A DNA stretch of 64,000 nucleotides, taken from contig JANJGN010000242.1 in the NCBI GenBank assembly GCA_026770705.1, positions 496,001 to 560,000 of the forward strand, read 5' to 3'. Both the position numbers and the translations under genes were made by a program. Below the pieces are notes generated by a model that worked only from the letters and a program-made list of their open reading frames with translations, did no database searches and had not been told where the DNA came from. Source of the DNA: Isurus oxyrinchus (Eukaryota). Of the stretch, positions 63,602-64,000 are shown piece after piece (the stretch's first letter is position 1; each line of letters starts with the position of its first letter).

Positions 63602-64000
63602 GTGAGTTACACTTCAGATTCTCACCAATAAACTTCCAAGGAATCCGTCTACACTTCCGGATGGATTATTGGATTGACTGGAAGCAGAAACATTATATTA
63701 CAGAGAGATGGAGTTGATTTAATTATTCGATTTGTAAAATATCCCGAAACGTGAAATCTCCCTCTCCCTCTCTCTCTCTCTCTCTCCACAGATGCTTCCA
63801 GACCCGCCCAGTCTGTCCAGCATTTTCTTTTCTGTTTACTTCAGATTTCCAGCATCTGCAGTATTTTGATTTGTTCTGGGTGAATCTTCAGAGTCCTCTA
63901 CACCCGAAAGCTGTGCTGGTAGAGCCATTGAATATATCCAAGGGGGAATTAGACTGATTGGTGACTGTTATGGAAATTGGGAGTCCTGGGAGTAGGGAGC

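Overview
Eukaryotic (cartilaginous fish, shark-like) genomic DNA from a T-cell receptor delta-type locus carrying a tandem array of NAR-TCR cassettes on the minus strand. The window holds nine IgNAR-like V segments, five free D segments (12-RSS/D/12-RSS), nine IgNAR-like J segments (23-RSS) and three leaderless 'supporting' TCR-delta V exons with a CDR1 Cys and a consensus 23-RSS. These are arranged as two copies of a ~23.5 kb unit plus a partial third copy. Only the three cassettes directly upstream of a supporting V look fully intact. The most notable feature is that four NAR-TCR V genes are already fused to a D in the germline (the intervening ~0.4 kb and both facing RSSs are removed and the 3' 12-RSS is kept); two of these are leaderless with an open frame. 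Two supporting Vs are followed by tandem extra 23-RSS copies with an open reading frame through them. The right end has two plus-strand TCR-type V segments (one a pseudogene), a leader exon with a promoter, a 419-N gap, microsatellites and a 21-bp minisatellite. The remainder is CR1-type LINE remnants and SINE-like repeats. No constant-region exon was recognised. All coordinates were read by hand; repeat boundaries are approximate.
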